In this document: positions 58,858 through 64,000 of the stretch, one piece after another
Layout of the letters: each line of letters starts with the position of its first letter
Position numbering within the stretch: position 1 is the stretch's first letter
Assembly (NCBI GenBank): GCA_963665665.1
Contig: OY762428.1
Span: 2,208,001 to 2,272,000 of the forward strand
Reading direction: 5' to 3'
Origin: Candidatus Kapaibacterium sp.
GTDB taxonomy: Bacteria > Bacteroidota > Ignavibacteria > Kapaibacteriales > UBA2268
Length of the DNA: 64,000 nucleotides
Made by a program: the position numbers and the translations under genes
The notes under the pieces: generated by a model
Told to the model about the DNA's origin: nothing
The model's database searches: none
What the model saw: only the letters and a program-made list of their open reading frames with translations

Positions 58858-59632
58858 TATAAGCTGGCTGAACCTCGCGCTGGGATGCCTGTGCCTGATA
58901 GTTCCGATTGGAATACTTAGCTATTTCAAAACCGGGCTTGGCAAAGCGGCTCTCGGAGCTTACGCCAGGATGACAGGACAGCTTGTTCTGGTAGGGCTAT
59001 ACCTCGGGGTGGTATTCGATTATAATTCCATATATGTAAATGCCGCCTGGGTAATATTGATGATAGTTGCAGCTTCGTTTACGATTGTTCAGCGCACAGA
59101 GCTGAAAAAGAAATATTTTCTTCTTCCGGTTATGTCCGGAGTAATAGCCGGAACGGTATTTACCGGCGCTATATTTCTATTTCTTGTTATAGGCCCCGAC
59201 GAATTCTTCAACGCGAGATACATAATCCCGATAACCGGGATGATAATCGGCAACTGCCTGAACAGCTCAATAATCGGTATTCGCTCTTTTTATAAATCCA
59301 TTGATAAGGAATACGAAAGATATAAATACTTCCTGATGAGCGGAGCCGACAGGAAGGAAGCGCTCTTCGATTTTATGAGCGAGGCGCTGAAGTCTGCATT
59401 CGGCCCCAGCGTAGCTTCAACTGCAACTATCGGGCTAATCTGGCTGCCGGGAATGATGACAGGCCAGATACTTGGCGGCAGCGACCCCATGCTTGCCATT
59501 AAATACCAGGTGCTTATAGTTGCTTCAATTTTTGCCGGGGCTTCGCTGACAGTTTTTACTTCAATAAGTATTTCCCGCAAACTTGCATTTGATGATTTCG
59601 GGATGATAAACAGGAATGTTTTCGGGAAGTGA
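58844..59632 (+). CDS. fetB: UPF0014 / YbbM (FetB) ABC permease
   Basis: RYIIPITGMIIGN; LPGMMTGQILGGSDPMLAIKYQ. Confidence 0.9.
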   Translation: MGSIDISWLNLALGCLCLIVPIGILSYFKTGLGKAALGAYARMTGQLVLVGLYLGVVFDYNSIYVNAAWVILMIVAASFTIVQRTELKKKYFLLPVMSGVIAGTVFTGAIFLFLVIGPDEFFNARYIIPITGMIIGNCLNSSIIGIRSFYKSIDKEYERYKYFLMSGADRKEALFDFMSEALKSAFGPSVASTATIGLIWLPGMMTGQILGGSDPMLAIKYQVLIVASIFAGASLTVFTSISISRKLAFDDFGMINRNVFGK

Positions 59633-59792
59633 CAGTGCTTGTTAATTTGTTATATTTCTTGTAAATCGTATTGTTTGGAGATAAATCCCTGATTTGCTAT
59701 ATTATAGAAAACTTCTATGAATTACAAGTAATATCGTTGTTATATCAATAAAATTTACTATGCAACTTTCAAAAACCAATTGAGTAAAAAAT

Positions 59793-60374
59793 ATGAAGTA
59801 TTTTGATATTATTGGACCGGGATTATTTATAATTTTTCTTGCATTATTTTCATATTTTCTATTAGGAATAACAGGCCCTATAATTATTGGTGGCGCCGGC
59901 ACAGGAGGATTTATTCTATATTTGAAAACTGGTTACAAGTATCGATTCGACACTTCAAAGATAATTGTATCATATTTGCTTTCTGTTGTATTCTTCATTA
60001 TCCACGTGTACGAAGAGTATATTTTTGGTTTTGAACATATTGTCTCAGATTTAAGTCATAGCCATGTATCGCAGCAAAGTTTTCTGACATTTGCCGGTTT
60101 TTTCGGCCCTGCAATGTGGGTATCAGGAGCAATTTTGATAATTAAGCGTTGGGCTCTGGGGTACTATTTTCTGGGATTTTTCTTTGTTGCCATGACCGTT
60201 GCTGAACTTACTCATTTTATTTTTCCGTTTATTCTATACGGGGAATGGAAATATACTGCTGGTGTTGCTACTGCTGCAATACCATTAATTCCTGCCTGGT
60301 ACGGATTAATTATTACTCTGAAGGAAACTCAGAAAATGAGAAAAGAAAAGGAAGAAGCAGAAAATGAAGACTAG
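59793..60374 (+). CDS. HXXEE domain membrane protein
   Basis: IHVYEEY motif, several TM helices, H...YTAG. Confidence 0.75.
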   Translation: MKYFDIIGPGLFIIFLALFSYFLLGITGPIIIGGAGTGGFILYLKTGYKYRFDTSKIIVSYLLSVVFFIIHVYEEYIFGFEHIVSDLSHSHVSQQSFLTFAGFFGPAMWVSGAILIIKRWALGYYFLGFFFVAMTVAELTHFIFPFILYGEWKYTAGVATAAIPLIPAWYGLIITLKETQKMRKEKEEAENED

Positions 60375-60555
60375 ATTATTGATATTTCTTCTTTTGATCA
60401 TTGTTTCACTGCCATTAAGGCTGAAAGCTCATACAAGTATGGAATCCGATCCGGGAATTATTTCCAACCTGTTAGCATTAGGAATAGTATTGTTATCAAT
60501 TGTCATTTTTCTTGTAGTAAATAAATTGAAAAGTAAGAAACGAAGAAAATCTTAA
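60364..60555 (+). CDS. Small membrane protein
   Basis: Signal peptide, one TM and a basic tail; overlaps the previous stop. Confidence 0.55.
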   Translation: MKTRLLIFLLLIIVSLPLRLKAHTSMESDPGIISNLLALGIVLLSIVIFLVVNKLKSKKRRKS

Positions 60556-60990
60556 ATATCCGAATATCTAAACGATGATATATGCATTGCCGTTTTTTCA
60601 AGCCTGCTTATGTCCCCGGAACTTCCTGCAATATTTTAAAATATTTCAATCACAGGAATACTGAGAACTCTTTTTTTTCCATATTCCAATTTTTATCCCC
60701 TGGTATAAATTAGTGAACAGCCCGGTAACTTTTTAAAGAATTATATTGCTCTTCGGTAAAATATATTTGCCGCCTGGTAAATATTTGTGCAGTGCTTGGA
60801 AATTGTTGGGAAGCCATATCTTACAAATAAAAACACCACGATTACATAATCCGGTTTTACTTTGTATATTCCGCAAACATTTCAAAAACTATTTTAATTA
60901 TTCCGAAAGATTGTTATTTTACGCATTGTATTGAAAGAAGAAAATCAACCTACTATCACATAAAGTACACATTTTCTACACCCATTATAA

Positions 60991-63228
<2,238 letters not shown>

Positions 63229-63246
63229 TTCCTAATATTCAAAATT

Positions 63247-63282
63247 ATAAAGCCCGGCGCATTAATATGTGCCGGGCTTTAT
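63247..63282 (+). terminator. Intrinsic terminator of icd
   Basis: ataaagcccggcgc...gtgccgggctttat. Confidence 0.8.
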
Positions 63283-63302
63283 TAGTATGTCAAACCTTGA
63301 GG

Positions 63303-63330
63303 AAAAAAAAAGGAGGCTAAGAAGCCTCCT
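63303..63330 (-). terminator. Intrinsic terminator of a minus-strand transcript
   Basis: Minus strand aggaggct-tctt-agcctcc followed by a run of about 9 T. Confidence 0.8.
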
Positions 63331-63852
63331 GTGTGTGAACCTAAAATTTAAGCGGTCTGCCCATTAGGGAGAACAACATTCCGATGAAAATACTCTGCTA
63401 CACAATTCTCTGAAGAAACCCCATTGTACTTACCATTCGGACCGACCGCTTTAAGTTGCAAACCTTATTCAATTAACCGTACTATGCGTCATTATTCCAT
63501 TTTGTTTTACCATTCTAATCCATATTCCTGCCGTGCGGCCTGCAACTATATCAGGGAGAAAATTTCAGCCTTTTATCCACATTGCCATCATTCAAATTCC
63601 ATTGCATAACCATTTTTTCATATTCTTATCATATTCCAAACAATTGGTCAAGGCTGGAAAGAAATTTTTTTTAGTAAAAAATCAAGCCCGGGGCGGCCAA
63701 TACAAGTAAATCATCTGCCATCTTTTCTATTTTCGCCTATCCACAGAGTACACATTGTTCCACATTTTTTCTGTTCCATAACCGAAGGTTCCTAAAAATC
63801 TTGTATCAACCACCACCGTGCCTGTTGATACTACCCCTAGTCTCAAATTTTT

Positions 63853-64000
63853 TCAAAGTACTTGTTCGAGTAGAAGATTCTCTTCATTCTCGATTTGAAT
63901 ATTCCTGAGAATATTCAGTATTATGTCAAAGTTTTCGTTTTTGCTGAGAAAGAAGTCAGCGCCATTGTTTAAACAAACAGTCCGAAACCCGTTATCGTCA
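63853..64000 (-). CDS. Response-regulator receiver domain, C-terminal fragment (5' part outside window)
   Basis: Hand translation DDNGFRTVCLNNGADFFLSKNENFDIILNIL...* contains the receiver GAxxF(L)xK motif; not in the ORF track. Confidence 0.7.
   Translation of the reverse strand, partial: DDNGFRTVCLNNGADFFLSKNENFDIILNILRNIQIENEENLLLEQVL

Noticed and set aside
63424-63609. 61-aa plus-strand ORF
   Set aside because: TTG start without an RBS, lies beyond the icd terminator, and has no recognisable features.

Overview
About 64 kb of chromosomal DNA from a low-GC bacterium, probably of the FCB group (Ignavibacteria/Kapabacteria-like). This placement is inferred from several T9SS C-terminal-domain proteins, a DUF2723 protein and sigma28-type promoters. 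Most of the window is housekeeping or envelope genes (typA, hemB, murI, mlaE, trmB, icd, GT2/GT9 glycosyltransferases, FetAB-like ABC pair, TonB-dependent receptor with TetR). It also holds a four-gene Hmc/Tmc-like redox operon with a hexaheme fusion, an intact IS4 element, a RAYT transposase containing its own REP array, and many REP-like hairpins. The most unusual structure is at 1252-5360: two homologous, degenerate 21-nt tandem arrays (about 73 and 31 units) point outward from a roughly 13% GC core and share a 26-bp inverted leader. The left array keeps exact 21-nt register even across inserted hairpin blocks and across the IS once the IS is removed. Other leads are an orphan Nif11-like peptide gene with tandem sigma28 and sigma54 promoters, a membrane-anchored protein with about 19 xKExL[NG] cassettes, and two candidate ncRNAs. 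All calls were made by eye from the sequence and ORF track; no database search was run.
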